In this document: positions 20,009-29,843 of the stretch, piece by piece
Layout of the letters: every line of letters starts with the position of its first letter
Position numbering within the stretch: position 1 is the stretch's first letter
DNA from: Candidatus Marinacidobacterium sp.
Lineage (GTDB): Bacteria; Acidobacteriota; Vicinamibacteria; Marinacidobacterales; Marinacidobacteraceae
Length of the DNA stretch: 64,000 bases
Reading direction: 5' to 3'
Assembly: GCA_965204755.1 (NCBI GenBank)
Contig: OZ242011.1
Coordinates: 1,152,001-1,216,000, forward strand
Notes under the pieces: generated by a model
What the model saw: the letters and a program-made list of their open reading frames with translations, nothing else
Told to the model about the DNA's origin: nothing
The model's database searches: none
Position numbers and translations under genes: made by a program

Positions 20009-21970
20009 ATGCGCCCGCTTCCGCTCGCTCCGCTCCTCGGTTTCGCCGCCGGCTTCCTGACCCTCGCCCCGTGCGCCTCGGCGGCGAGCGCTCCGCCGCA
20101 GGAGGTCGGCGAGCGGGTCGAGTGGCCCCACTGGGGCGGCGACCAAGGCTCGCAGCACTACTCGCCGCTCGCGCAGGTGCACCGGGGGAATGTGTCCCGG
20201 CTGCGTCCGGCGTGGGAATGGGACACCGCGGAAGTCCCGCTCGCCGGCCCCCGGCTCCCGGTCCCCGACAACCCGGTGCGCCCGGCCAGTTTCGAGAACA
20301 CGCCCATCGTCACCGGCGGCGTGATGTATGTGAGCACCTCCTACAACCGGGTGGCGGCGCTCGACCCGGACACCGGCGAAGTCCTCTGGATCTACGACCC
20401 CCGGATCACCGAGTGGGGGCAGGTGCCGAACGGAACCGGCTTCGTCCACCGGGGGGTCGCGCTGTGGGACGGCGGCGACGGCGCGCGGCGCGTTTTCCTG
20501 AACAGCCGGTGGCGGCTCATCTCCATAGACGCCGTAACCGGGGAGCCCGACCCCTCGTTCGGCCAGGGCGGCGAAATCGACCTGACCGCGCAACTGCTCT
20601 GGCCGATCAACCGCCTCCACTACACCCAGACCTCGCCGCCGGTGGTGTTCGAGGACCTGGTCATCCTGGGGAACGGGGTCTGGGACCGCTTCGTGTACGA
20701 GCGCGACCCGCCGGGGAATGTGCAGGCGTTCCACGCGCGCACCGGCGAGTTGGTCTGGTCGTTCAACCTGATTCCCCAACCGGGCGAGTTCGGCAACGAC
20801 ACCTGGGAAGACCGCAGTTGGGACCGGGTGGGTCACACCAATGTCTGGGCGCCGATGTCCCTCGACGAGGAGCGGGGGCTGCTCTACCTGCCGGTCGGCA
20901 CGCCGAGCAACGACTACTACGGCGGACACCGGTTGGGCGACAACCTCTTCGCCGAAGCGGTCGTCTGCCTCGACGCCCGCACCGGCGAGCGGGTGTGGCA
21001 CTTCCAGACCGTCCGCCACGGCCTCTGGGACTACGACCTGCCGGCGGCGCCGACGCTCCTCGACATCACGGTGGACGGCCGGGAGATCCCGGCGGTGGCC
21101 GCGCCGGCCAAGACCGGCTTCCTCTATGTCTTCGACCGGGTGACCGGCGAGCCGGTATGGCCCATCGAAGACCGCCCGGTCCCTGCGTCCGATGTCCCCG
21201 GCGAGCGCGCCGCCGAAACGCAGCCGTTCCCCACCCGCCCCCCGCCGTTCGCCAAACAGGGTTTCACCGAAGACGAGGTGATCGCGTTCACGCCGGAGTT
21301 GAAGGAGGAAGCGCTGGCGCGGGTCCGGCAGTATCGAACGGGCGGCCTCTACTCGCCGCCGTCGCTCGAAGGGACGATCGCCAACCCGGGAATCCTGGGC
21401 GGGGCGAACTGGGGCGGGGCGGCCGCCGACCCGGAGACCGGGATCGTCTATGTCAAGGCCAACGAGTTTCCGTCGCTCCTCGCCATCACGGAAGCGAACC
21501 CGGACGAGACCGAAGGGCGGTACTGGCTGGATCGGGACCGGCGGTCGCTGAACCTGCCGAACGGCCTGCCCGTCAACCGGCCGCCGTACGGGACGCTGAC
21601 CGCGATGGACCTGAACACCGGGGAGCAGGTGTTCCAGGTGCCCGCCGGCAACAACCCGCTGGTGCGGAACCACCCGGCGCTCGAGGGAGTGGACCTCGGC
21701 GAGGAGCGCCTCGGGGTCGTGGGGGCGCCGGGGCCGATGGTCACCGCCGGCGGGCTGGTCTTCTTCACCGGCGGCGCGGACCACCTGTTCGCCCTCGACA
21801 AGGCCACCGGCGAGGAACTCTGGGCGCATCCGCTGGGCGCGAGTTCCTACGCGAACCCGATGACCTACGAGTCGCCCGCCGGGGTGCAGTTCGTGGTCGT
21901 CGCGGTGGGCCGCGGCGAGGGGAATCGGCTGGTCGCGTTCGCGCTTTCGGAAGAGGAAGCCGGCGAGTAA
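20009..21970 (+). CDS. PQQ-dependent (glucose/quinate-type) dehydrogenase
   Basis: Signal peptide; WGGDQGSQHYSPLAQ, FENTPI, HGLWDYDLP, GGANWGG, PPYGTL, ANPMTY. Confidence 0.9.
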   Translation: MRPLPLAPLLGFAAGFLTLAPCASAASAPPQEVGERVEWPHWGGDQGSQHYSPLAQVHRGNVSRLRPAWEWDTAEVPLAGPRLPVPDNPVRPASFENTPIVTGGVMYVSTSYNRVAALDPDTGEVLWIYDPRITEWGQVPNGTGFVHRGVALWDGGDGARRVFLNSRWRLISIDAVTGEPDPSFGQGGEIDLTAQLLWPINRLHYTQTSPPVVFEDLVILGNGVWDRFVYERDPPGNVQAFHARTGELVWSFNLIPQPGEFGNDTWEDRSWDRVGHTNVWAPMSLDEERGLLYLPVGTPSNDYYGGHRLGDNLFAEAVVCLDARTGERVWHFQTVRHGLWDYDLPAAPTLLDITVDGREIPAVAAPAKTGFLYVFDRVTGEPVWPIEDRPVPASDVPGERAAETQPFPTRPPPFAKQGFTEDEVIAFTPELKEEALARVRQYRTGGLYSPPSLEGTIANPGILGGANWGGAAADPETGIVYVKANEFPSLLAITEANPDETEGRYWLDRDRRSLNLPNGLPVNRPPYGTLTAMDLNTGEQVFQVPAGNNPLVRNHPALEGVDLGEERLGVVGAPGPMVTAGGLVFFTGGADHLFALDKATGEELWAHPLGASSYANPMTYESPAGVQFVVVAVGRGEGNRLVAFALSEEEAGE

Positions 21971-22045
21971 CCGGCGGATATCCTTAGCGGTTCCGCGCAG
22001 GCGGCGGGACGGAGGAACGCCGCCGCCCCCGGAGAGAGGATCGCC

Positions 22046-22573
22046 ATGCCCCCGCAGCCCCCGCTCTACGACCCGGAGGCCGTCCGGCCGATGTGGGAAG
22101 AACTCGCCGAGTGCGGCATCGCGCCGCTCCACGCGCCCGAAGCGGTGGACGAGTTGGTCGCCCGGCCGGGAACCGCGCTGATCGTGGTGAACTCGGTGTG
22201 CGGCTGCGCCGCCGGCTCGGCCCGGCCCGGCGTCACCCTGGCGCTCCAGCACGGACGGATCCCCGACCACTTGGGGACGGTGTTCGCCGGCGTGGACCGG
22301 GACGCCACCGACCGCGCGCGGGCGCACATGACCGATGTGCCGCCGTCTTCCCCGTCGGTGGCGCTGTTCTCGGGCGGCCGGCTGGCGCACATGCTGGAGC
22401 GCCGCCACATCGAGCGGATGGCCCCGGCCCAGGTCGCCGCCGCGCTCACCGCCGCCTTCGACGAGCACTGCACGCGCTCCGGCCCCTCGGTGCCGCGGGA
22501 GGTCTGGGAGAGGTCCTCCCGCGACCGGGTCTGCGGCTCGACGGTGCCGCTGTTCACGCCCGCCTTCTCCTAG
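22046..22573 (+). CDS. BrxA/BrxB family bacilliredoxin
   Basis: VVNSVCGCAAGSARPG, TVFAGVD, PPSSPSVALF, ERRHIE. Confidence 0.9.
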   Translation: MPPQPPLYDPEAVRPMWEELAECGIAPLHAPEAVDELVARPGTALIVVNSVCGCAAGSARPGVTLALQHGRIPDHLGTVFAGVDRDATDRARAHMTDVPPSSPSVALFSGGRLAHMLERRHIERMAPAQVAAALTAAFDEHCTRSGPSVPREVWERSSRDRVCGSTVPLFTPAFS

Positions 22574-22619
22574 TCCCGTCGCCGGTCCCGTCGCCGATCC
22601 CGCCGCCGACGGCCGGAGA

Positions 22620-23303
22620 GTGGCGCCACCCGGCGGGGCCGGCCCGGCCGGCGGGTTCTTCGTCTCGCTCGAGGGCGTGGACGGCGCCGGGAAGAGCACC
22701 CAGGCGCGGCGGCTGGCGGAGGAACTCCGCCGCAGCGGGCGCCGGGTGGCGCTCACGCGGGACCCCGGAGGCACCCGCGCCGGCCGGGCGATCCGCGACC
22801 TGCTGCTCGACCGGGACGAGCCGCTCGCGGCGGAGACGGAGATCGCGCTGTTCTTCGCCGACCGGGCGCAGAACCTGGCGGAAGTGATCCGCCCGGCGCT
22901 CGCCCGGGGAGAAGCGGTCGTCGGCGACCGGTTCACCGACTCCACGCTCGCCTACCAGGCGTACGGCCGGGGACTCGCCCCGGAGCGCATCCTGGCGGTG
23001 GATCGGGGGATCACCGGGGGGTTCCGCCCACACCTGACCTTGGTGCTCGACCTGCCGGCGGAGGCCGGTCTCGCGCGGCTGGAACGGCGCGTCCGCGGCG
23101 ATCACCCGGACTCCCCCGGACGCCCCGACCGGATCGAGCGGGAAGCGGCGGGGTTCCACGAGCGCGTCCGGCGGGGATTCCTCGCGCTCGCGGAGGAGCA
23201 GCCGGAACGGATCGTGGTCGTCCCCGCCGACCGGGCCGAAGACGAAGTGTTCGCGGCGGTCCACGGCGCGGTCAGGGAGCGGTTCGGCCGGTTCCCCCGA
23301 TGA
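22620..23303 (+). CDS. tmk: Thymidylate kinase
   Basis: EGVDGAGKSTQ, TRDPGGT, DRFTDSTLAYQ; start position approximate. Confidence 0.92.
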   Translation: MAPPGGAGPAGGFFVSLEGVDGAGKSTQARRLAEELRRSGRRVALTRDPGGTRAGRAIRDLLLDRDEPLAAETEIALFFADRAQNLAEVIRPALARGEAVVGDRFTDSTLAYQAYGRGLAPERILAVDRGITGGFRPHLTLVLDLPAEAGLARLERRVRGDHPDSPGRPDRIEREAAGFHERVRRGFLALAEEQPERIVVVPADRAEDEVFAAVHGAVRERFGRFPR

Positions 23304-24442
23304 CTTCCGACCCGCTCGCCGCGCCGCCGTTCCCGCGGCTCGCCGCCCTGGCGGAGGCCGGGCGGCTGTCGCCGAGCCTGCTGTTCAGCGGCCCGCCCGG
23401 GGCGCCCACCGTAGCGGCGGCGATCCGCTTGGCGGCGCAGGTGAACAGCCCCGACCGGCGGGCGGACTCGGCGGCCACCCGCCATCTCGAAGAGCGAATC
23501 CGGCAGGTGGATCCGGCCCGCCCGAAGCCGGAGGAGGCGGCGGCGAAGGCGCCGCGGAAGGGCCGGGGGGCTGTCGCCGGGGAAGTCGGCGCGGTGCACC
23601 CGTTCCTCGATGTGGTGATCGTGCGGCCGGACGGCGTCTCGACGCGGGTCGCGAACCTGAAGCAGGCCATCGCGGCGTCGCGGGCCCACCCGCTCGAAGG
23701 GCGGAAGCGGTTCCTCATCGTCGCCGAGGCGGACACCATGAACCCGGCCGCGGCCAACGCGCTGCTGAAAACCCTCGAAGAGCCCCACCCCTACCTGTCG
23801 GTCGTCCTCTGCGCCGGCGGCGAGGGCGGGCTCCTGCCGACGATCGTCTCCCGGTGCCAGCGGTGGCGCTTCCGTTCGCTGACCCTCGCCGAAACCGCCG
23901 CCCGGCTCCGGGAGGAGCACGGATACGCCGAGGAAGAGGCCGAAGCCGCCGCCTTCGCCGCCGGCGGGGACCCCGAGACCGCGCTCGCCCTGCCCCGCGA
24001 CCGGCTCCTCGGGCTCCGGGAGGACGCCGCCCGCATCGCCGCCGTGGCGGCGCGCGGCATCCGCCCCGCCGAACGCGCCGACCTGCTCTCCCGGCTGGCG
24101 GCGCCGGGCCCCCGCGCCGCCGGCGCCGCCGACGACCTCCGCGCGCTGCTCGCCCTCCTCCGGGCGGAACTACGCGACCTGGCCGCGGTCGCCGCCGGCG
24201 CCCCGCCGCTCGCCGTCGCGAGCGGCGACTCCGAGACCGGCAGCGGCGGGTCGCGAACACAAACCGCGGCGCTCGCGCCGCCGGGCGCCTTCGCCGAAGC
24301 GCTGCTCGAAGTGGAGGAGACGGACCGCCGCCTGACCGCCTTCTACGGGAACCGCCGCATGCAACTCGACGGGCTGCTGCTCGCCTTCAACGAGATCGCG
24401 CGTCCGCTGGTCGTCGCCCGCCGTCGGGGCGGCAGGATTTGA
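23300..24442 (+). CDS. holB: DNA polymerase III delta' subunit (divergent)
   Basis: AANALLKTLEEP, LLPTIVSRCQ; conserved tmk-holB synteny. Confidence 0.8.
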   Translation: MTSDPLAAPPFPRLAALAEAGRLSPSLLFSGPPGAPTVAAAIRLAAQVNSPDRRADSAATRHLEERIRQVDPARPKPEEAAAKAPRKGRGAVAGEVGAVHPFLDVVIVRPDGVSTRVANLKQAIAASRAHPLEGRKRFLIVAEADTMNPAAANALLKTLEEPHPYLSVVLCAGGEGGLLPTIVSRCQRWRFRSLTLAETAARLREEHGYAEEEAEAAAFAAGGDPETALALPRDRLLGLREDAARIAAVAARGIRPAERADLLSRLAAPGPRAAGAADDLRALLALLRAELRDLAAVAAGAPPLAVASGDSETGSGGSRTQTAALAPPGAFAEALLEVEETDRRLTAFYGNRRMQLDGLLLAFNEIARPLVVARRRGGRI

Positions 24443-24497
24443 ACCTGCGACCCCCTGATCCCGAACCAGGTGCTCTGCCAGACTGAGCCACGCCCCG
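24424..24497 (-). tRNA. tRNA-Pro(CGG)
   Basis: CGGGGCGTGGCTCAGTCTGGCAGAGCACCTGGTTCGGGATCAGGGGGTCGCAGGTTCAAATCCTGCCGCCCCGA; no encoded CCA. Confidence 0.95.
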
Positions 24498-24592
24498 CGG
24501 CGAACCGGGGATTCTAGACGCCGCCTCCCGCGCCGGACGCGCCGCGGAACCGGGCGCCGCGGCCGGTTCCCCGGGGGCCGGGAACGCTTTCG

Positions 24593-24669
24593 TGGTCGGG
24601 ACGGCCGGATTTGAACCGACGACCACTTGCACCCCAAGCAAGTGCGCTACCAGACTGCGCCACGTCCCG
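24593..24669 (-). tRNA. tRNA-Pro(GGG)
   Basis: CGGGACGTGGCGCAGTCTGGTAGCGCACTTGCTTGGGGTGCAAGTGGTCGTCGGTTCAAATCCGGCCGTCCCGACCA. Confidence 0.95.
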
Positions 24670-24702
24670 ATACGACTTCCGCCGGGCGGGGGCGGATTCT
24701 AG

Positions 24703-25317
24703 TCAGCGGCCTTCCGGGCCGAGCAGTTCCGCGAGCCGCCGGTCGTTCTCCTCCATGAGCGCGAGCACCCGCCGCGCGGCGTCCCGGCGGGCGGCGGCCG
24801 CAGCCGCCCCGTCGTCGCCGGCGGCAGGGGCCGGCGCCGGTTCCGGAGTCGACGGGGACTCCGCCGGGGCGGCTTCCGGGGCCGGCCCGGGGGTCGGCTG
24901 CTCGGCGGGAGCGGGCTCGGCCGGGGCGGCCTCGGGCGCGGCCGCGGCTTCGGGAGCGGCGGGCGGAGCCGCGGGCGGAACGGCCGGCGCGGCGGCGGGC
25001 CGGGCGGGAGCGGCCGGCTTCGGGGAGGCGGCGCCCCCTCTTCCCTTGGTCTTCGCCCGCTGGGAGAGCAGGCGGCGGGCGCCGGCGGTGGTGTAGCCCT
25101 CGAGGTGGAGGAGGCGCTGGATCTCCAGCACCATCTCGATCTCGGCGCGGCGGTAGAGCCGCTGCCCGGCGTCGTTCTTCTTGGGGTTGAGCGTGGGGAA
25201 CTCGCTCTCCCAGTGGCGGAGCGTGTAGGGCTGGACCCCGGTGATCTCGGTGACTTCCCCGATGCGGAAATAGAGTTTCCCGGGGATCTTGGGGCGGGAA
25301 GAGGCTTCGGGGGTCAA
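24703..25317 (-). CDS. MerR-family transcriptional regulator with Pro/Ala-rich tail
   Basis: KLYFRIGEV...LRHWESEFP...GQRLY; typical position next to tRNA-Pro(GGG). Confidence 0.88.
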   Translation of the reverse strand: MTPEASSRPKIPGKLYFRIGEVTEITGVQPYTLRHWESEFPTLNPKKNDAGQRLYRRAEIEMVLEIQRLLHLEGYTTAGARRLLSQRAKTKGRGGAASPKPAAPARPAAAPAVPPAAPPAAPEAAAAPEAAPAEPAPAEQPTPGPAPEAAPAESPSTPEPAPAPAAGDDGAAAAAARRDAARRVLALMEENDRRLAELLGPEGR

Positions 25318-25395
25318 GGTGCGGGGAGCGCGGGGCGCCGAGGGCCGCCGTTCGCTCGCGGCGACGGGCCGCAGCCGTCGGGCGGGGAGCCCATT

Positions 25396-26895
25396 CTACG
25401 AGCCGGGTTCCGGGCCCGGATCGGGCCGACCGGGCGGGGCGCCCCCGGGCGGCGCGCCCCCGGGCGGCGCGGAACGGTTCCGCGACCCCGGCTTCCGGTA
25501 TTCGAGGGCGAGGCGGATCGGGATGCCGGCGAAGCCGTAGCGGCGGCGGAGCGCGCCCGCCAGGTATCGGGGGTACGACGGCAGCAGGTCGCGTTTCCGG
25601 CAACTCAGGAAGATGCGGAAACGGGGCGGCGCCGCGCCGGACTGGTAGCCGTAGAGGAGATTCACCCGGCGGCCGTCCCGCGAGCGGGGGGCGAAGCGCT
25701 CGGCGGTTTCGGCGAGGAAGCGGTTCAGTTCCGGGGTGGGGACGCGCTTCCTTTGCTCGGAGCGGACGCGCTCGGCGGACTTCCAGATGGCGGCGACGCC
25801 CTGGCCGCTCTTCGCGGAGATCCGGAGGAGCGGGGCGTCGGGGAGGTGCCGCAGGGTCTCGCCGGCGGCGCGGCGCAGTTCCGCCCAGCGGGCGGCGCGG
25901 CCGCGCACCAGGTCCCAGCGGTTGGCCAGCGCCACCACCCCGCAGCCGGCGTCGGCGGCGAGCCGGGCGATCGCGGCGTCGCGGGTGGTGAAGCCTTCGA
26001 CCGCGTCGGCGACCAGCAGGCAGATCTCGGCGCGGGCCATCGCCTTCTCCGCCAGCAGCACCGCGACCGCGTCCGCCTCCGCGACGCCGCTCCCGGAACG
26101 CCCGCCCGGTCGGCGGCGCCGACGGATCCCCGCGGTGTCCACGAGCAGGACCTCCCGTCCGTTCACGGTGATGAGTTCGTCCACCGGGTCGCGGGTGGTT
26201 CCGGCGACGGGGGAGACGAGGGCGCGCTCGTACCCGGCGACGCGGTTGAGCAGCGTGGACTTCCCCACATTCGCCCGGCCGACGATGGCGATGCGGAGCG
26301 GGCCTTCGGCGGCTTCCTCTTCGTCCGTGGCGTCCGCCTCATCCGTTGCGTCTGCCTCGTCCGCCTCGACCCCGCCGGCGCTCCCGACCGCTTCCGGATC
26401 GAGTTCCAGCGCCTCGAGCAGGCGGTCGAGCAGGTCGGCGACCCCCTGGCCGTGCTCCGCCGAAACCGCAAGCGGCTCTCCGAAGCCGAGCCGGTGGAAC
26501 TCCGCGGCGCCGGACTCGTGGAGCCCTTCCGCCTTGTTCGCGACCACGAGCACCGGCGGCCGGGCCGGTTCCCGGCGGAGGGCGTCGGCGAGTTCCTCGT
26601 CGGCGGCGGTGAGGCCGGCGCGGGCGTCGGTGAGGAACAGCACGGCGTCGCTCCGCCGCGCCGCGGCTTCGGCGAGCGCGCGGACCTCCCGGGCGAACGG
26701 CGCCGCGTCCGGCGGGCCGGCGCCGCCGGTGTCGTGGAGCCGGAAGTCCAGCCCCCGCCAGGTCACGGGCTCCACCCGTCCGTCCCGGGTGGAGCCGGGC
26801 CGGGCGTGCACGATGGCCGGGCGGCCGCCGACGATCCGGTTGAACAGCGTGGACTTGCCCACATTGGGGCGCCCGAACAGGGTGGCCAGTTTCAC
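25396..26895 (-). CDS. der: Ribosome biogenesis GTPase Der
   Basis: Two GTPase domains (GRPNVGKST/DTGG/NKAE and GRANVGKST/GTTRD/DTAG) plus a KH-like C-terminus. Confidence 0.92.
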   Translation of the reverse strand: MKLATLFGRPNVGKSTLFNRIVGGRPAIVHARPGSTRDGRVEPVTWRGLDFRLHDTGGAGPPDAAPFAREVRALAEAAARRSDAVLFLTDARAGLTAADEELADALRREPARPPVLVVANKAEGLHESGAAEFHRLGFGEPLAVSAEHGQGVADLLDRLLEALELDPEAVGSAGGVEADEADATDEADATDEEEAAEGPLRIAIVGRANVGKSTLLNRVAGYERALVSPVAGTTRDPVDELITVNGREVLLVDTAGIRRRRRPGGRSGSGVAEADAVAVLLAEKAMARAEICLLVADAVEGFTTRDAAIARLAADAGCGVVALANRWDLVRGRAARWAELRRAAGETLRHLPDAPLLRISAKSGQGVAAIWKSAERVRSEQRKRVPTPELNRFLAETAERFAPRSRDGRRVNLLYGYQSGAAPPRFRIFLSCRKRDLLPSYPRYLAGALRRRYGFAGIPIRLALEYRKPGSRNRSAPPGGAPPGGAPPGRPDPGPEPGS

Positions 26896-26997
26896 GACGA
26901 AGAGGCGGCCGGCCGATCTCGCCCCGACCCCCCGGCTACCGAAGCGCGGGCCGACTGCGGCCCGACCCGGCGTGGCGGACGCCCCGGGACAGCGGGA

Positions 26998-27267
26998 TCA
27001 GTCCGACTCGAAACAGTCGCGCCCCGGCCGGAACCGCACCACCCGCCCCGGGGGGATGGGAACCGGCTCGCCGGTGCGCGGGTTGCGCGCCATGCCGACG
27101 CGCCGGGGCCGGACCGAGAACGAGCCGAAGCCGCGCACCACGGTGCGCTCGCCCCGCCGGAGCGCGCCGGCGAGCGCGTCGAAGACGCCCTCCACCGCGG
27201 CGCGGGCTTCGCGCCGGGAGAGGCCGGTCTCCGCGACCGCCCGTTCGATGAGATCGGCCTTGACCAT
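26998..27267 (-). CDS. HU/IHF family DNA-binding protein
   Basis: MVKADLIE...GFGSF...ARNPRTGE...FRPG; TAGAAT -10 box 11 nt upstream. Confidence 0.92.
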   Translation of the reverse strand: MVKADLIERAVAETGLSRREARAAVEGVFDALAGALRRGERTVVRGFGSFSVRPRRVGMARNPRTGEPVPIPPGRVVRFRPGRDCFESD

Positions 27268-27281
27268 TCCGGCGGCGAATT

Positions 27282-29423
27282 CTACCGAGCGGGCGTCCGA
27301 CCCCCGCCCGGGAGCGCGGCCGGCGGCGTGGCGACCGCCGCCCCCTCGTCGCCGCGACGGTAACGGCTGAACCAGTCCAGCAGGAACAACTGCGTACGGA
27401 CGAAGTTGGAAGGCTGCGAACTCGTGCCGTGGTACTCGTCGTGGAAGCGGACCATCTCGGTGTCCACCCCGAGCGCCTTCAGCGCCTGGAAGTACTCCTC
27501 GGTCTGGCTCATCGGCGTCCGCAGGTCGAGTTCGCCGGTCATGAGCAGCGTCGGGGTGGTCACCTTGCCCACATGCATGAGCGGGGAATGGGCCAGGTAC
27601 TTCTCCGCGTTGTCCCAGGGATACCCCTCGTACCGGCTGTAGCCCCAGCGCACGATGTCCGCGGTGCCGGCGAAACTCATCCAATTCACCACCGGGCAGC
27701 GGACCGAGGCGGCGGCGAAGCGGTTCGTCTGCCCGATGACCCACGAACTGAGCACGCCGCCCCCGCTGCAGCCGGTCACATACATCCGGCTCTCGTCCAC
27801 CGAGCCCCGGGCGATCGCGGCGTCCACGCCGGCCATCAGGTCGTCGTAGTCCACGCTGGGATACCCGTTGTCTATGGCGTTCCCGAAATCGGTGCCGTAG
27901 CCGGTGCTCCCCCGGGGATTCGTGTAGAGGAGCAGGTAGTCGTTCGCCGCCAGGTTCTGGAACGAGTTGTTGAAGCCGACCGAATACATGGCGTGCGGGC
28001 CGCCGTGGATGTGGAGGATCAGCGGGTATTCCCGCGAGGGGTCGAAACCCGGCGGCTCGATCAACCAACCCTGCGCCCGGGCGCCGCCGCTCGACTCGTA
28101 CCAGAGTTCCTCCACCTCGCCGAGTTCGATCCCGGCGAGCGCGTCGTCGTTCACCGCGGTGACCCGCGTGACCCGGCTCGGGTCGTCGAGCGGGAACACC
28201 ACCACATCGGGAGGCTCGTGGAAGGAAGTCCGGATCGCCGCCGCGACCCCGGTGTCGGAAACGGTGTTCACCGACAGGAGGTGCGTTCCTTCGGTGACCG
28301 GACTCGTCTCCCCGGAGAGGGAAGCCGAATGGAGGTTCCGCGAGCCCCGGTCGTCGGCGGTGAAGTAGATGCGGTCGCCGGACGGCGCCCAGATCGGGTT
28401 CACGGCGTCGCGGTCGAGGTCCGAGGAGAGCGGACGATGCCCGGAACCGTCGAAGCCGATCACCTGGAGGTCGCTCACCCGGTAGGTCTGCTCGGTCCAG
28501 TCGTACCCCCGGAAGGCGATCTGCGTCCCGTCGGGCGAAACCACCGGCCCGGCCCACGGGCCGTGCTCCGTCGTGATCTGACGGACTTCGCCGGTGTCGA
28601 GGCTGACGAAGTGGAGGTGCGACTCGCGGTAGCGGAGGTCGGCGTCGTCCGCCAGCGAGGCGTCGAAGACCAAGCCGCTGCCGTCCGGCATCCAGGAGAC
28701 GCCGGCGCCGTAGTCGAGGCCGACCGCGCCGCGAGAGCCCACATGCCACTCGCCCTCGGTGAGTTGCCGGGACGCCCCGCCGTCGGCCGGGACGACGAAC
28801 AGGTGGCGGAAACCTTCGACCAGGAAGCCCACCCGGTCCTGGCGGAAGTGCATCCGCCGCACGATGCGCGGCGCCTTCGTCCACTCCGCTCCTTCCGGCG
28901 GCGCGGGAAGCGAAGGCAGCGCCCAGGTCTCGGGCGCCGGGACGACGCGGGTGAAGGCGATCAGGCCGCTGTCGGGCGACCAACGGATGTCCCGCGGCGG
29001 ATGCGCCTCGCGGGTGACTTGCGAGACCGCGCCCTCGGCGTCCATCCAGCGGACGAAGACCTGCGGGTCGCCGTCGTCGTCTGCATCGAGGAAGGCGATC
29101 CGGGTTCCGTCGGGCGACCAGACCGGCGCCGAGCCGGAAGTGAGGAAGCGGTTACGCCCGCCGTCGGCGTCCACGATCCAGAGGTCGGAGACCCAGCGGT
29201 CCTTCTTCCGGTCCACGCGGCTCCGGGTGTAGATGACCGAGGCGCCGTCCGGCGAGATCGCCGGGCCGGAAACCCGCTCCCAGTCGAAGATGTGGGAGGC
29301 GGTGAGCCGTCCGGGGCCGGCGGTTTCCTGCGCCGAAACGGAGACGGCGACCAGCAGCGCGGCGGCCGCCGGCAGGAACCGGGCGTTCGGCGGGCGGAGA
29401 AGGAAACGGGTGTGCGTTCTCAT
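27282..29423 (-). CDS. S9 family (prolyl oligo/dipeptidyl amino)peptidase
   Basis: PD40 propeller repeats; IHGGPH, GCSGGG nucleophile, GELDLRTP, EYHG. Confidence 0.92.
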   Translation of the reverse strand: MRTHTRFLLRPPNARFLPAAAALLVAVSVSAQETAGPGRLTASHIFDWERVSGPAISPDGASVIYTRSRVDRKKDRWVSDLWIVDADGGRNRFLTSGSAPVWSPDGTRIAFLDADDDGDPQVFVRWMDAEGAVSQVTREAHPPRDIRWSPDSGLIAFTRVVPAPETWALPSLPAPPEGAEWTKAPRIVRRMHFRQDRVGFLVEGFRHLFVVPADGGASRQLTEGEWHVGSRGAVGLDYGAGVSWMPDGSGLVFDASLADDADLRYRESHLHFVSLDTGEVRQITTEHGPWAGPVVSPDGTQIAFRGYDWTEQTYRVSDLQVIGFDGSGHRPLSSDLDRDAVNPIWAPSGDRIYFTADDRGSRNLHSASLSGETSPVTEGTHLLSVNTVSDTGVAAAIRTSFHEPPDVVVFPLDDPSRVTRVTAVNDDALAGIELGEVEELWYESSGGARAQGWLIEPPGFDPSREYPLILHIHGGPHAMYSVGFNNSFQNLAANDYLLLYTNPRGSTGYGTDFGNAIDNGYPSVDYDDLMAGVDAAIARGSVDESRMYVTGCSGGGVLSSWVIGQTNRFAAASVRCPVVNWMSFAGTADIVRWGYSRYEGYPWDNAEKYLAHSPLMHVGKVTTPTLLMTGELDLRTPMSQTEEYFQALKALGVDTEMVRFHDEYHGTSSQPSNFVRTQLFLLDWFSRYRRGDEGAAVATPPAALPGGGRTPAR

Positions 29424-29484
29424 GGGTCTGTCCAGGGAATGCGGCCGAAGCCGGAAAGGAGACCGGAGCCGCGCGGCGCGGCAG

Positions 29485-29838
29485 TCAGTCGAAGACCGAC
29501 TCGTACATGTCGGCGCCGTACCCGATCAGCAGGCGCGAGCCCACGCGGAGGGCCGGGGCGCGCAGTTTGCCGGAGCGGCCGAGCAGCAGGCCGAGCACTT
29601 CTTCTTCGTCGGGGCGCTCGCCGGCCGAGAGGTCGAAGCGGAGCGTCTTCTTCCCCCGGGCGACGAGCAACTCGGTCACGCCGTCGAGCAGCGAGAGGGC
29701 GTCCTTGCCCTCGACGGGATCCCGTCCGGCGCTCTGGACGGTCTCCCCGGAAATCCCGCGGGACGCAAGAAACTCCTGCGTTCTACGGCAGCCGGTTCAA
29801 CCGGGGCGGTGGTACCGCCAACTCACGGACTGCGCCAC
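29485..29838 (-). CDS. ArsC-family (thioredoxin-fold) selenoprotein, UxxC motif
   Basis: GTG at 29838 reads VAQSVSWRYHRPG-TGA(29797-29799)-TGCRRTQEFL..., in frame with GRSGKLRAPALRVG...IGY. Downstream SECIS-like hairpin. Confidence 0.8.
29756..29788 (-). promoter_or_regulatory. Candidate bacterial SECIS element
   Basis: ACGCAGGA-GUU-UCUUGCGU upper stem and CCGU/GCGG lower stem; apical G-containing loop 23 nt after the UGA. Confidence 0.6.
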
Positions 29839-29843
29839 GACTC

